NCBI GenBank assembly: GCA_965217895.1
Contig: CBDCJV010000002.1
Coordinates: forward strand, 3,392,001 to 3,456,000
Source of the DNA: Waterburya sp.
GTDB lineage: Bacteria; Cyanobacteriota; Cyanobacteriia; Cyanobacteriales; Xenococcaceae
Direction: 5' to 3'
Length of the DNA stretch: 64,000 nt
The notes under the pieces are model-generated. The model ran no database searches, was not told the DNA's origin, and worked only from the letters and a program-made list of their open reading frames with translations. Shown here piece by piece: positions 30,617 through 41,713 of this stretch; position 1 is the stretch's first letter; the number at the start of each line of letters is the position of its first letter. A program made the translations under genes and the position numbers.

Positions 30617-33178
30617 ATGGTATCCAGTCTACCCAGCAAAACTATTGCCCCTCTTCAGCCGACAACAAAAACTAAGCACGATCCCCTCAAAACTGCTCAA
30701 GGAGTATACATTACTGTTCACGGACATTTTTATCAGCCGCCGAGAGAAAACCCCTACCTCAATACAATTGAGAGGCAACCTAGCGCGCATCCATATCATG
30801 ATTGGAATGAACGCATCCATCATGAATGCTATCGTCCTAATGCTTTTGCCCGCATCCTCAATCATCAACGAGAAGTGGTGGGGATCGTTAATAACTTTGA
30901 ATATCTCAGCTTTAATATCGGTGCGACTTTGATGTCGTGGTTAGAAAAATACGATCCCGAAGTCTATCAACGCATACTAGAGGCGGACAAAAAAAGTTGC
31001 CAAAGACTAAACGGACACGGCAATGCGATCGCCCAGGTTTATAATCACATTATTCTCCCCTTGGCAAATCAGCGGGATAAAATTACGCAAATTCGCTGGG
31101 GGAAAGAAGATTTTCGCGATCGCTTTGGGCGCGATCCCGAAGGGATGTGGTTAGCGGAAACTGCCGTTGATTACCAAACTTTAGAAGTATTAATTGATGA
31201 AAAGATCGAGTTTATTATTCTTGCTCCTTCTCAAGCACAAAGATGTCGCTTGATGTCTACCAAAAAAGAAAGCGAATGGCAAGAAGTAGGAAGTTCGCAG
31301 ATAGATCCTACTCGCCCCTATCGTTGCTTTGTAGATGAACGCTATATTGACATTTTCTTTTATGATGGTCCTATCTCTCGCGATATGGGCTTTAACGATG
31401 TTCTCGAAACAACAGATAATTTTGTCACCAGATTAGGACAAGCTATAAAAAGAGATGAGGATCGGCGTCCTTCTCAATTAATCAACGTTGCTACCGATGG
31501 TGAAACCTTTGGACATCACAAAGGTGGAACTGAAAAATGCCTTGCCTATGCCTTCAAGCAAGAATTTGTCAACTATGGCTGGACGGTTACTAACTATGCT
31601 CACTATCTTAGTATTTGTCCTCCTACCTGGGAAGTTGTTCTCAAGCCTGTAACAGCCTGGAGTTGCGCCCATGGAGTCGATCGCTGGCAAGATGATTGTG
31701 GCTGCGCTGGTGGTGGCGGTTGGCATCAAAAATGGCGTAAACCGCTGCGAGATTCTTTAGACTGGCTACGGGATCGATTAGTAACGATATATCAAGAGGC
31801 AGGAAGCAAGTTTTTCCGCGATCCTTGGCTTACTAGAAATGAATATATTGAGGTGCTGCGCGATCGCTCTTCGGCAAATATCGAGCAGTTTTTACAGCGT
31901 CATCAGCAAAAAGAATTATCCTCCCCAGAGAGAATTGACGCTTTACGCCTACTAGAAATGCAGCGTCATACACTGCTGATGTATACAAGCTGCGGCTGGT
32001 TTTTTGAAGAGATTTCACGTCCTGAAGGTACTCAAATTCTACGCTATGCAGCACGAGCTTTGGAGTTGGCTGGAGAAGTATCAGGGATCGATCTCAAGCA
32101 AGAATTTGTGCGTCGTTTAGCTAAAGCTCCTAGTAATGTTATCACTTTTGGAAATGGCGAAAAAGTATATCAGGAGCTAGTTATCCCTTCTCAAGTTAGT
32201 TTGCAGCAGGTAGCTGCTCACTACGCTATTAGCTCTTTATTCACTAACTATCGGCAACAAAAACAAAAACGCATTTACTGTTATGAAGTAGAGCAGTTAG
32301 ATTATCAAAAGCAAGAGCTAGGGACGCTGACTCTTTCTGTAGGACAGGTGCGTTTAACTTCGGAGATTACCTGGAAAAGCCAGCATTTTGTCTTTGCAGT
32401 GCTGCATCTTGGAGGATGGGATTTTCATTGCTGCATTAATAGTTTTGATGGTCGTTTAGCTTATGCAGAATTAAAACAACAGCTATTTACTAGTATTCAA
32501 CAGGCAAGTGCTGCTCAAGTGATCTTAACCATGAATCGTTTAATGGGGAATCAATCATTTAATCTCAAACATTTATTTGCTGAAGAAAGACAACGTATCA
32601 TTAGACTTTTGACCACTAAAACTAAAAAACACTTAGATCAGCTATACACTCAGGTATACCGCGAAAACTATAGTATGCTGGCAGCTTTCCACAGGGAAGA
32701 ATTACCTGTCCCCCAAGAATTAAAAGTGGCTGCCGATGTTGCCCTATCCTATCGTTGTCTAGAAACAGTCAAGAATTTAGAAAAAGTGATTGAAGATCCT
32801 CTTGCAGTGGATAGTTGTTTGGCAGAATTAACGGCAACAGCAACGGAAGCTTACTATCTTCAATGCCAGCTAAATATTGACGAAGCTAAGAAAATTCTCG
32901 AACAAACAATCTTACGCTTGCTATGGAAACTACTTTACAATGGCGATCCCGCAACTTTAGAAGCAGATATATGCAGATTAGAAAAAGCGATCGCCGTTGG
33001 TGAACAATTGAACCTTGGTTTAGCTTTAGATCGCGCTCAAGAGGTTTATTTCAACTTTTTCCATCAACGTATATTGCCCGACTGTTTGCTCAACAACCAT
33101 AGCTGTCGTTGGGAAAGCGGACAATTAAAGCCTTTGCTAAAACTCGGACAAAAACTAGCGATTAACGTTAGTGGTTGA
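30617..33178 (+). CDS. Glycoside hydrolase family 57 / DUF3536 protein
   Basis: HGHFYQPPRENP, GMWLAET, DGETFGHH and MYTSCGWFF. Confidence 0.92.
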   Translation: MVSSLPSKTIAPLQPTTKTKHDPLKTAQGVYITVHGHFYQPPRENPYLNTIERQPSAHPYHDWNERIHHECYRPNAFARILNHQREVVGIVNNFEYLSFNIGATLMSWLEKYDPEVYQRILEADKKSCQRLNGHGNAIAQVYNHIILPLANQRDKITQIRWGKEDFRDRFGRDPEGMWLAETAVDYQTLEVLIDEKIEFIILAPSQAQRCRLMSTKKESEWQEVGSSQIDPTRPYRCFVDERYIDIFFYDGPISRDMGFNDVLETTDNFVTRLGQAIKRDEDRRPSQLINVATDGETFGHHKGGTEKCLAYAFKQEFVNYGWTVTNYAHYLSICPPTWEVVLKPVTAWSCAHGVDRWQDDCGCAGGGGWHQKWRKPLRDSLDWLRDRLVTIYQEAGSKFFRDPWLTRNEYIEVLRDRSSANIEQFLQRHQQKELSSPERIDALRLLEMQRHTLLMYTSCGWFFEEISRPEGTQILRYAARALELAGEVSGIDLKQEFVRRLAKAPSNVITFGNGEKVYQELVIPSQVSLQQVAAHYAISSLFTNYRQQKQKRIYCYEVEQLDYQKQELGTLTLSVGQVRLTSEITWKSQHFVFAVLHLGGWDFHCCINSFDGRLAYAELKQQLFTSIQQASAAQVILTMNRLMGNQSFNLKHLFAEERQRIIRLLTTKTKKHLDQLYTQVYRENYSMLAAFHREELPVPQELKVAADVALSYRCLETVKNLEKVIEDPLAVDSCLAELTATATEAYYLQCQLNIDEAKKILEQTILRLLWKLLYNGDPATLEADICRLEKAIAVGEQLNLGLALDRAQEVYFNFFHQRILPDCLLNNHSCRWESGQLKPLLKLGQKLAINVSG

Positions 33179-33342
33179 TTGAGTTAGTGGGTAGTGGGTA
33201 GCAAGTCGCAAGTAAACAATTTAAAAATGTCAACACCGCGATTAGATAAAGGCTTGCCCCTAAATGGAAGTACCCTTTAGGGTTAGGACAAACTACAAAC
33301 AACCAACTACCTACTACGAACTTATTATTGAAGATACTTTTT

Positions 33343-34968
33343 TCAATCGGATTTAGGATAACGACTTAGCCAAATCTGTTGTTGAGGTATTGGTAAGGGC
33401 ATATCTGCTGCTTCAAAGGCATTTTTAAGCCGACGGCGAAATTCGCGAGAGATATCCCACTGTTTGAGGGGTTCGGTCTTAAACCAGATACGAATAACAA
33501 AGCCTCGCTCGGCGAAATCTTCTACACCTAACACCTGTGGCGGTTCGAGAATGTTATCGCGACATTCACAGTCTTGGTACATTTTCGTTGCCACCTGTTC
33601 AATTAAGGCGATCGCTTCATCCACATCGGCCTGATATGCTATGTGAATCTTTAAGTCAGATCTAGACCAGCCATTAGAATGGTTGGCGACAATGTTGACA
33701 CAACTATTAGGAATAGTAATCAAACGCCCTTCTCCATCCCGAAGCTGAGTAATCCGTAAATTCAAATTTTCAACTAATCCTCCTACTTCGCCGATAGTTA
33801 CCACATCACCGACGGCATATTGATCTTCAAAAATAATTAACAAACCATTGATAGTGTCTTTAATCAGGTTTTGAGAAGCAAAAGAAAAAGCTAAACCCAA
33901 AACTCCCGCACCAGCTAACAAAGGAGTGATGTTCAAACCAATAATTGTCAGGGAGATAAATAAAGCAATACCCGCCCAAAAGCAGGTGATGATGCCTCTA
34001 AACAGACGAGAAAAAGTATTTACCCTAACCTGAAGTCGGCGATTTGTGTCAGGACTTAATACATAGTTGTCAGTAAAAGCTTTACCCGTGATAATTGTAT
34101 TAATTCTAGCGATCGCAGCGAAGCTGAGGCGGATCAAAACATAACAAATCCAGACAACAACTATTAACCGCAGCGGAATCCTGAGGATGGTAACGATCCA
34201 CAGTTGAGTCAAGCGAGTGTCAGGAAATAAGCCCAAAATCAGCAAAATTCCACTAATCCAGATAGTTATCTGAGTCAGTTGTAATAGGCGGTACTGTACT
34301 TCTTTGAGGTTAAATGTTTTTCTTTGCTCTAATTGAGATGGTAAAGACTCAGCGTCTTGGCTTAAGGTAACTTTGTCTTTGGTTAGGCGTTTGCTCCAGC
34401 GCAATATAACAAAGTTGATCAGCACCATCAGCAGCAAGACAACTGCTGATAATTTGGCTTGCTTGAGCAAAAATACAGGCTGTCTTTCTGACTTGGCTTT
34501 TTCCAATCCTGTTTCGATGCGAGCGGCTATTTGCTGTGCCTGAGATTCTAAATTGACATCGCTAACAGCTATATCGCTACTATCAAGGGTCAAAACAGGA
34601 ATCTTTTTGTCGCCTACTGCCACATCAAGACTTTGCTTATTTTGATTTCCTTGAGTAAAAACGTTTAATGGGGCGTGGTTAGATTTGAGATAGACACTTT
34701 TGATATCAGCTAACTTTTCTTCTGTATATTTAATTCGTTGACTCAAATTTGCTTTTTGGTCTGATAATTTAAATACACAACGACCATCCAAATATACGCA
34801 AGCTGAAAGAGTAGTATCAGTTGAATCACTATCTAGCTTGAGAGTTTCTAAATTCAGTTTGGGCAACAGTGGTAACTGCGCCCAAATTGGACTAGCAAAA
34901 AGATTAATAAAAATAATCGTGCTGATTAATACCCATAAGAAAAAATTTTTTTTAGTCATGCTACCCAT
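33343..34968 (-). CDS. MscS-family mechanosensitive channel
   Basis: LLAGAG..SQNLIKD..G..FEDQY.VGD..G.VE..LRITQLR. Confidence 0.9.
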   Translation of the reverse strand: MGSMTKKNFFLWVLISTIIFINLFASPIWAQLPLLPKLNLETLKLDSDSTDTTLSACVYLDGRCVFKLSDQKANLSQRIKYTEEKLADIKSVYLKSNHAPLNVFTQGNQNKQSLDVAVGDKKIPVLTLDSSDIAVSDVNLESQAQQIAARIETGLEKAKSERQPVFLLKQAKLSAVVLLLMVLINFVILRWSKRLTKDKVTLSQDAESLPSQLEQRKTFNLKEVQYRLLQLTQITIWISGILLILGLFPDTRLTQLWIVTILRIPLRLIVVVWICYVLIRLSFAAIARINTIITGKAFTDNYVLSPDTNRRLQVRVNTFSRLFRGIITCFWAGIALFISLTIIGLNITPLLAGAGVLGLAFSFASQNLIKDTINGLLIIFEDQYAVGDVVTIGEVGGLVENLNLRITQLRDGEGRLITIPNSCVNIVANHSNGWSRSDLKIHIAYQADVDEAIALIEQVATKMYQDCECRDNILEPPQVLGVEDFAERGFVIRIWFKTEPLKQWDISREFRRRLKNAFEAADMPLPIPQQQIWLSRYPKSD

Positions 34969-35220
34969 AAACTAATCTGCCATCAACTAGCGATCGCCGT
35001 TAATAATGTTAATAACTTGTCTTATCTACTTGTGATTTGACCAACGGTGATAAATTACTCGGCCTGTTTAGGATAAAGTAACTATCACTCACGTTCGATT
35101 TTTAATCATTTATAACTCAACAAATATTAGGACTTACATCCATTAATTTGTTAATCTTTCATAAAGTTGTCTTAAACTTAATTTTTCACCTTAACTCAGC
35201 GTTTGTAGCAGCAACGCCTT

Positions 35221-36102
35221 ATGCCCTTGTCTCGTATAGTAAGTTCAATAGTGGCGATCGCCCTAGCTTTGGGAATGATTATTCTCGGAGGATGGTATTT
35301 TACCCTTGGTATAGGTATTTTAATTGTCCTGGCACAATTAGAATACTTTCGATTAGTTCGTGCTAAAGGTGTAGAGCCTGCTGCAAAAACTACTTTAATC
35401 GTATCTCAACTTCTGCTGATCAGCTCTACCGTTGCGCCGAGCATAACTGACGCGATGTTTTGCTTGGGAGGAACAATTATTTGTTTCTATCTGTTGTTTC
35501 AACCCAAAATGGCAACTATTGCCGACATTTCAAGCTCTATTTTAGGCTTGTTTTACACGGGTTATCTGCCTACTTTTTGGGTACGACTGCGAGTTAGCTT
35601 ACCCAATACAAACAACGGCAGTAATCTACCTTTAGACGGCTATTGGCCCGACTCTTGGCTCGATCCTAGCCAGTTTCCTACCGCTTTAACCCTGACGTTT
35701 TTAGTGATGGCCTGTATTTGGGCAGCAGATATTGGCGCCTATACTATGGGTAAAAGTTTTGGTCGTACCAGACTTTCAGATATTAGCCCGAAAAAAACCG
35801 TCGAAGGTGCTGTATTTGGGGTAATTGGTAGCTTAATAGTGGCAGAATTGGGAGCTTGGTATTTTGATTTTCCTGCATGGCAGCTCAGTGGAGTTATGCT
35901 GGGTACGCTGATTGGCGTTACTAGCTTGTTGGGGGATTTAACCGAGTCAATGATGAAGCGAGATGCTGGAGTAAAAGATTCAGGACAGTTAATTCCTGGA
36001 CATGGAGGTATTTTAGATAGAACGGATAGTTATGTTTTTACTGCTCCTTTAGTATATTATTTTTTTACTTTATTATTACCTTTGCTCTCAGCTAATGTAT
36101 AA
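35221..36102 (+). CDS. cdsA: Phosphatidate cytidylyltransferase
   Basis: SPKKTVEG and KRDAGVKDSG.LIPGHGGILDR.DS. Confidence 0.95.
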   Translation: MPLSRIVSSIVAIALALGMIILGGWYFTLGIGILIVLAQLEYFRLVRAKGVEPAAKTTLIVSQLLLISSTVAPSITDAMFCLGGTIICFYLLFQPKMATIADISSSILGLFYTGYLPTFWVRLRVSLPNTNNGSNLPLDGYWPDSWLDPSQFPTALTLTFLVMACIWAADIGAYTMGKSFGRTRLSDISPKKTVEGAVFGVIGSLIVAELGAWYFDFPAWQLSGVMLGTLIGVTSLLGDLTESMMKRDAGVKDSGQLIPGHGGILDRTDSYVFTAPLVYYFFTLLLPLLSANV

Positions 36103-36109
36103 ACATTAC

Positions 36110-36144
36110 AAAAAAAAAGGCGGGCTTTTAATGCTCGCCTTTTT
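36110..36144. terminator. Bidirectional intrinsic terminator
   Basis: A-tract, GGCGGGC/GCTCGCC stem and T-tract between convergent genes. Confidence 0.75.
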
Positions 36145-36165
36145 AATAATTTGATGTAATTTTAT

Positions 36166-37131
36166 TTAACCTGGTTCTTCCTCATATTCAGGAGCTTTTT
36201 CTTTTTTGGGAATATTTACGGGAGGAGGATTATAGGGTTCGGGTTTGATATCATCATCCCAAACATCCTCATTAGTAACTTCTTCATATTCGTATTCCTT
36301 AACTGGTGGCGCATCATACACTGGTGCATCATAAACTTCAGGTTCTGCATCTTGCCAATTGTTTTCTTCATATTCCTCTTCATAGGGAATCGCTTGTGCC
36401 TGTTGTCTAATTGGCTGTTGAGCAACGCGATTTTCTTGCCATTCGTCTTCATCCCATCTTTCTTCCATTACAGGTTCTCTAGAATCTACAGGGGTAGAAA
36501 TCGGTGTACGAATCGGAGTTCCTGTGCCTAGCTGGTTTTCCGCATTGATAGTTTGAGGATAATAGTCTTCGCGATCTTTTTCCCAAGGAGGACGACCAAT
36601 ACCCAAACGCTCCAAAAGACCGACTGAAATTTGTTCGATCCGTTCTTCTGAGCCTTCAAAAACAATCAAGCGATTAGGTCCACTGCTAACCACCTCTTCA
36701 ATGGATAGTTCGTAAGTACTAATGAACTGTTCGGGGATCTGCGGTATTCCCAGTGAAGCAATCACAATCGAGTTTACTGCTCCATTTTCGGCATCAAACT
36801 GAAAATCCCTAACTTTGCCTAGAGGTTCGCCAGCTTCAGTAATCACTTCGCAACTAATTAATTTACTGTAAGCCTCAATATCTATATCTTCTATTACACT
36901 TTCATCATCGACTAAAATCACGTCTCCAGTCTGACGAATACTATCAAGGTACATATACTTTGGTATTCCAGAAACCGAAAGCAAATTATCTCGCAGTCCT
37001 AAAGCCACTATTTCTCTGCGATCTATATCGACCAAAACCTCTTTTACCACCCCTAATCGTTTACCGCTGTTACGAGCGATAACCTGAGTGTTGATAAATT
37101 CAGAGCGCAGATGTATGTTTTCAGTTGTCAT
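36166..37131 (-). CDS. PRC-barrel domain protein
   Basis: Two PRC barrels (G.RLG.V; GEPLGKVRDF) and an acidic tail. Confidence 0.88.
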   Translation of the reverse strand: MTTENIHLRSEFINTQVIARNSGKRLGVVKEVLVDIDRREIVALGLRDNLLSVSGIPKYMYLDSIRQTGDVILVDDESVIEDIDIEAYSKLISCEVITEAGEPLGKVRDFQFDAENGAVNSIVIASLGIPQIPEQFISTYELSIEEVVSSGPNRLIVFEGSEERIEQISVGLLERLGIGRPPWEKDREDYYPQTINAENQLGTGTPIRTPISTPVDSREPVMEERWDEDEWQENRVAQQPIRQQAQAIPYEEEYEENNWQDAEPEVYDAPVYDAPPVKEYEYEEVTNEDVWDDDIKPEPYNPPPVNIPKKEKAPEYEEEPG

Positions 37132-37554
37132 TTTATTGTTTGGTTAATGTAAGCTGTTGCTTGCACTTGCTATCTATATAGTAATTTTTTTAAATCGAGA
37201 CAGTGTAAGTGTTTATTTTAAAATAACGTCACAAAAGTCACTAGACTAAAATATTCTATAGGTATCTAAAGACTATTTTAGCTAATCCTGATGCGTTTGC
37301 CTTATTGGAGCATGAATAATACCTTTTGGCAAGAAAGTTTAGACATGATTGGCGATAAGACATATTAAGAATACATTCAAAATTAAGAATTAAACTTTAG
37401 ATTCAAATTGTCGTGTATATTGCCCTCAAACTGAGCTAAAACGGTATGTATAAAAAAACCAAAGCAGTTTTTATCTATTTAAGGTGTTAATCTCCAGATA
37501 TGAAATGGGTATTTTAAGATTGTGCCGTCTGATTTAAAGTAGCCCTGAGAGTGC

Positions 37555-38847
37555 ATGAATCATCAACATTCTGTAGACAACAGAAAAGATCGACAAACAT
37601 TTTTTACCGATACATTAGCTAATGTATTAGACCAAATATCTCGTCTACAAGAAAACAGTTGTTTACAAGTTGTCTATAATTCCATCACTTTTTTTATCCA
37701 TTTTAATCGTGAGGGTAGATTAGTTTATGCTACCAATTCTCTAGCTCCTTTTGAAAGATTAGAACGCCATTTGCGCCGTTTAAGCAATCAAAACCCCAAG
37801 CTTGACAATTTAGTTATCAAGCAGCCTCGCATTCAGTTTAACAACGATCTCCAATCGTATACTCAATCACCTTCAGATTATCAGGCTATTTTCTGGCTGG
37901 CTGAACAAGGTCATTTAAACTCTCAAGAAGCCACTGCTATAGTTAGAAGGATAACAAGAGAAGTATTTGAATCTTTTTTGTGTTTACAAGATGTTTCGTG
38001 TCAGTATAAGTTTGCACCAAAGTCAGAGCAAATTGAGGAGTTGTGCCAATTTGACTTAAATGTTTATCTGGCTCAATGTCGCCAAAGACTAAAAGCTTGG
38101 AATGTCTTTGCTGATAAAATTTGGTCTACTTACCAGCGTCCATATTTGGTTACAGAAAAAACTAAAGCCATTGGCGACTTAACAACCCAACAAAATCAAG
38201 CTATCTGCAAGTTATTAAAAGGATTAAATTTTCGCCAAATCAGTGCAGTGCTAGATTTGGATGAATTGGCGATCGCTAAATTATTATATCCCTCGATCCT
38301 AGATCGGGATATTGTTGTCCGAGATCCCAAGCCTCCGTTTGACAAACTACCTAAACTGCCTCAGTCAAAAAGCGACAAAGCATCATCCAATTCTAGTTGG
38401 TCAGATGATGATAACCATAGTGGGTTTAATACCAATATTAATACCAATATTTATAGCCAAGGTACGCTTCTTTCTGTTGAAAAAATTGGGAAGGTTGCCT
38501 ACGTAGACGATGATTCTGCTTTACATCAGAATTTTTTACAGTATTTAGATCATAGTGTGTTTTCTACTTTGACTATTAAAGATGCAATGAATGCTTTTAC
38601 TGAGTTAATTGAATTTGCTCCAGATTTGATTTTATTGGATGCAGATATGCCTCATCTCAATGGCTATGAATTGTGTACTTTGCTAAGAAACCATAACAAT
38701 TTCAAAACAGTTCCTATAGTTATACTGGAGGAATCACAAAAATTTGCCAATTCAACAAAGTTTAGACTGGTAGGGGCAACAGATATTTTAATTAAGCCAT
38801 TTGATCGTATTCAGTTACTTAGTGTAATTCGGCAGTATCTTCAATAA
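37555..38847 (+). CDS. PatA-type response regulator
   Basis: N-terminal PATAN-like region (YATNS..ERL.RHL) and C-terminal receiver (VDDD, LLDADMP, KPF). Confidence 0.85.
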   Translation: MNHQHSVDNRKDRQTFFTDTLANVLDQISRLQENSCLQVVYNSITFFIHFNREGRLVYATNSLAPFERLERHLRRLSNQNPKLDNLVIKQPRIQFNNDLQSYTQSPSDYQAIFWLAEQGHLNSQEATAIVRRITREVFESFLCLQDVSCQYKFAPKSEQIEELCQFDLNVYLAQCRQRLKAWNVFADKIWSTYQRPYLVTEKTKAIGDLTTQQNQAICKLLKGLNFRQISAVLDLDELAIAKLLYPSILDRDIVVRDPKPPFDKLPKLPQSKSDKASSNSSWSDDDNHSGFNTNINTNIYSQGTLLSVEKIGKVAYVDDDSALHQNFLQYLDHSVFSTLTIKDAMNAFTELIEFAPDLILLDADMPHLNGYELCTLLRNHNNFKTVPIVILEESQKFANSTKFRLVGATDILIKPFDRIQLLSVIRQYLQ

Positions 38848-38920
38848 AATAATTTCTTGATTAAGAGTTGCGATCGCAAAGCTAGCCGTAGGCATTGCCT
38901 TATTAAAAACAACATCATTA

Positions 38921-39038
38921 TAAGTAGATAGGACAAATTAATTAGAAGATAGTCTCGTTACTTGAGTAATGAGTAACAAAAATAGATCGTAATATCTTGC
39001 TTACGCTTGTTTTACATTTAATTTCACCCACTCACTTA
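38921..39038. mobile_element. Degenerate TA-flanked MITE
   Basis: Imperfect TIRs TAAGTAGATAGGACAAATTAA / TTAATTTCACCCACTCACTTA with internal heptamers. Confidence 0.45.
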
Positions 39039-39052
39039 AATGTTAATTAAAA

Positions 39053-40858
39053 CTACATTCTTTCCAAGACATTGATACCCAACAATGACAAGCCTAATTT
39101 AATCGTACGTGCTGTTAAGTTAGCCAAGATTAGACGAGATGTGCGTTGTGGTTCATCTGCATTTAAAATGTCACATTGTTCATAAAATTGATTGAATTTT
39201 TGACTTAATTCAAACAAATACAGACAAATGCGATTAGGCAATAGATTTTGTTCTACCTCTTTAAGTATTTCCTCAAGCTGTAAAATATGTTTTGCCAAAG
39301 CTAATTCTGTATCTTCAGCCAAGGCAATTTCTGTATTCTTATCTAATTGAGAAAAATCAACATTTCCCTTACGACTGACTCCCTGCACCCGCACGTAAGC
39401 ATAGAGTAAATAAGGTGCAGTATTGCCTTTGAGGTCAAGCATCTTATCGTAGTCAAACTTATAGTCAGAGGTGCGATTTTGGCTCAGATCGGCATATTTA
39501 ACGGCACTTAGTCCAACTACTTGAGAAACATGATTAACAAATTCTGTAGTTTCTTCTCTTTCTTCTTCTTTGAGTCTTATTACTAAATCTTGGCGTGAAC
39601 GTTTTATAGCTTCGTCCAACAAATCTTTAAGTTTAATTACTTCACTAGAACGAGTCTTGAATCTTTTGCCATCTTCACCCAAAACCAAACCAAAAGGCAC
39701 ATGAACTACTTTTACAGACTCAGGCAATATTCCCGCTTTTCTTGCTACTTGAAACACCCCTGCAAAGTGATTAGCCTGTCCTGAGTCTGTGACGTAAATA
39801 ACTCGTTTTGCTTTATCTTCTTGGACTCGATACTTGATAGCTGCTAAATCGGTAGTGGCATAATTGAATCCGCCATCAGTTTTCTGCACAATTAAAGGTA
39901 AAGGATCGCCATCTTTGTTAGTAAAACCATCCAGAAAGACACACATTGCACCTTCGCTTTTGGTGAGCAAACCTTCTCGATCTAATTTACTGACAATATC
40001 CGTTAAAAAAGGATTATAAAAAGATTCCCCTCTTTCTTCTATTTTGATATCAAGCCAATCATAAATGACCTGAAACTCTCGACGAGATTGATCGCATAAT
40101 AGCTTCCAAGCACGACGACTATCCTCTGCACCCTCTTGTAACTTAACCACCTCTTGTCTAGCGGTTTGTTTAAATGCTTCGTCTTCATCAAAGCGAACCT
40201 TGGCTTTCTTATACAGCGAAACCAAATCACCAATATCTAAAGCATTGGCGGTTGTTAATGCCTCGGGATAGGCTTCTCTAAGATAAGCAATTAACATTCC
40301 AAACTGAGTACCCCAATCACCTACATGATTAAGACGCAAGACATCGTAACCCCGAAATTCTAGAATACGAGCGATCGCATCACCAATAATTGTCGAACGT
40401 AAATGCCCGACGTGCATTTCTTTGGCAATGTTGGGACTAGAAAAATCGACAATAACTTTCTCTGCTGGCTCTACTTTAGAAATACCCAATCTTGTGTCGG
40501 CTTGGATTTTTTGCAGCAAGTTCCCAATGTAATTAGATTTTAGCGTAAAGTTGATAAATCCTGGTCCAGCGATTGTCGGAGTTTCGCACATATCCTCAAA
40601 CGAGACTTGCGCTTGCCGAGGCAACCTCGGCGCGCTTCCTCGTTCTAATTGAAGCCGCTCGACAATCAATTGAGCGATCGCTCTAGGATTTTGCTTGAGA
40701 GGTTTGGCTAAAGACAAAGCCACGTTGGACTGATAATCACCAAACTTAGGATTATTTGTCGGCGCAATCAAAGGATCTGTATCTGCCAATTCTGCACCAA
40801 AAGCAGCAACTAGAGCTTGGCTAACAGAATCTTGAAGCTGTTTTAAGATAGAAGTCAT
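39053..40858 (-). CDS. argS: Arginine-tRNA ligase
   Basis: [26 protein letters not shown] and GNTAPYL.YAY.R. Confidence 0.97.
   Translation of the reverse strand: MTSILKQLQDSVSQALVAAFGAELADTDPLIAPTNNPKFGDYQSNVALSLAKPLKQNPRAIAQLIVERLQLERGSAPRLPRQAQVSFEDMCETPTIAGPGFINFTLKSNYIGNLLQKIQADTRLGISKVEPAEKVIVDFSSPNIAKEMHVGHLRSTIIGDAIARILEFRGYDVLRLNHVGDWGTQFGMLIAYLREAYPEALTTANALDIGDLVSLYKKAKVRFDEDEAFKQTARQEVVKLQEGAEDSRRAWKLLCDQSRREFQVIYDWLDIKIEERGESFYNPFLTDIVSKLDREGLLTKSEGAMCVFLDGFTNKDGDPLPLIVQKTDGGFNYATTDLAAIKYRVQEDKAKRVIYVTDSGQANHFAGVFQVARKAGILPESVKVVHVPFGLVLGEDGKRFKTRSSEVIKLKDLLDEAIKRSRQDLVIRLKEEEREETTEFVNHVSQVVGLSAVKYADLSQNRTSDYKFDYDKMLDLKGNTAPYLLYAYVRVQGVSRKGNVDFSQLDKNTEIALAEDTELALAKHILQLEEILKEVEQNLLPNRICLYLFELSQKFNQFYEQCDILNADEPQRTSRLILANLTARTIKLGLSLLGINVLERM
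40598..40645. repeat. 48-bp GC-rich palindromic element inserted in frame in argS
   Basis: AACGAG..GCGC..GCCGAGG-caa-CCTCGGC-GCGC..CTCGTT, encoding [16 protein letters not shown]. Confidence 0.75.
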
Positions 40859-41035
40859 GAGAGATATTTATTTACTTGAGCCAGAAGTCAGTATTAGCCG
40901 AAAGCAGCTATTTCTTAGAATAATAAATCTATCACTTATTTGGCTATTTCTCTTTATAAGTAGTTGTTTACTATAAAATTGCTTAGATAAGCAACTCAAT
41001 CAATAGAGCGTAATAGCCAAAATTATCGAATATAC

Positions 41036-41713
41036 TTATTTCAGATATTCATCATTAAGTATATAGTTTTCCACATTCTCTAATATTTCTCGTAAATAAC
41101 AATTGACTCTTTTTTGAATCACTAATAATTCATCGGCAGTAGCATCTTTACCTACTTCTTCAAAAGATTTGAAACCATGAGCCAAATAATTTCTGTTAGT
41201 TTTGACTCTCAACAAATCTCTACCATCTTGAGTCTTTTTAGCATTTGTCTTGACCTAAAAACCATATAATATAGCTGTATCTTTGATTTTTTTAGCATCA
41301 ATATTACCAGAAAACATTTTTTCTTTGTTAAAGCTAGCAGAAATAATATCTTGGGAAATCGTATTTATCTCAGATATGAGCTTTTCTGCTGAATTGTTAT
41401 TTTTAAAATTTTTGACTATTACCATTTTTAATTCATCTCTCACGTCATCAAAAGAAATATTCTTATTTTGAATTTCATCAAAAATTGATTCGATCGCATT
41501 ACGCACAGTTGATTCGACCAAATTATATAAAAGTAAAAATCCTGTTGCCTTAAGCGTTTTTTCTAAATCGGAGTCTATATTTTTGATCTTAGGATTTCGA
41601 TCATTACCCATCTTTAACTGAATCGAACTTTGCTCTAAATTTTTCAGGAATAGAAAATATTTACTTACTTCTTTAGAGCGTCGATCAAAATCTTCAAATA
41701 GCGCACTTCTCAT
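41036..41713 (-). pseudogene. HEPN-like nuclease (MAE_28990/MAE_18760 type) with an in-frame TAG at 41255-41257
   Basis: LLLYNLVEST, FSGNIDA; the frame continues past the stop through RNYLAHG to TAA at 41036. Confidence 0.85.

Noticed and set aside
30534..30932. Short ORFs overlapping long genes (this one and others such as 1499, 2937, 7101, 11704, 16115, 53199)
   Set aside because: They are shadows of well-supported genes in other frames and have no recognisable motifs
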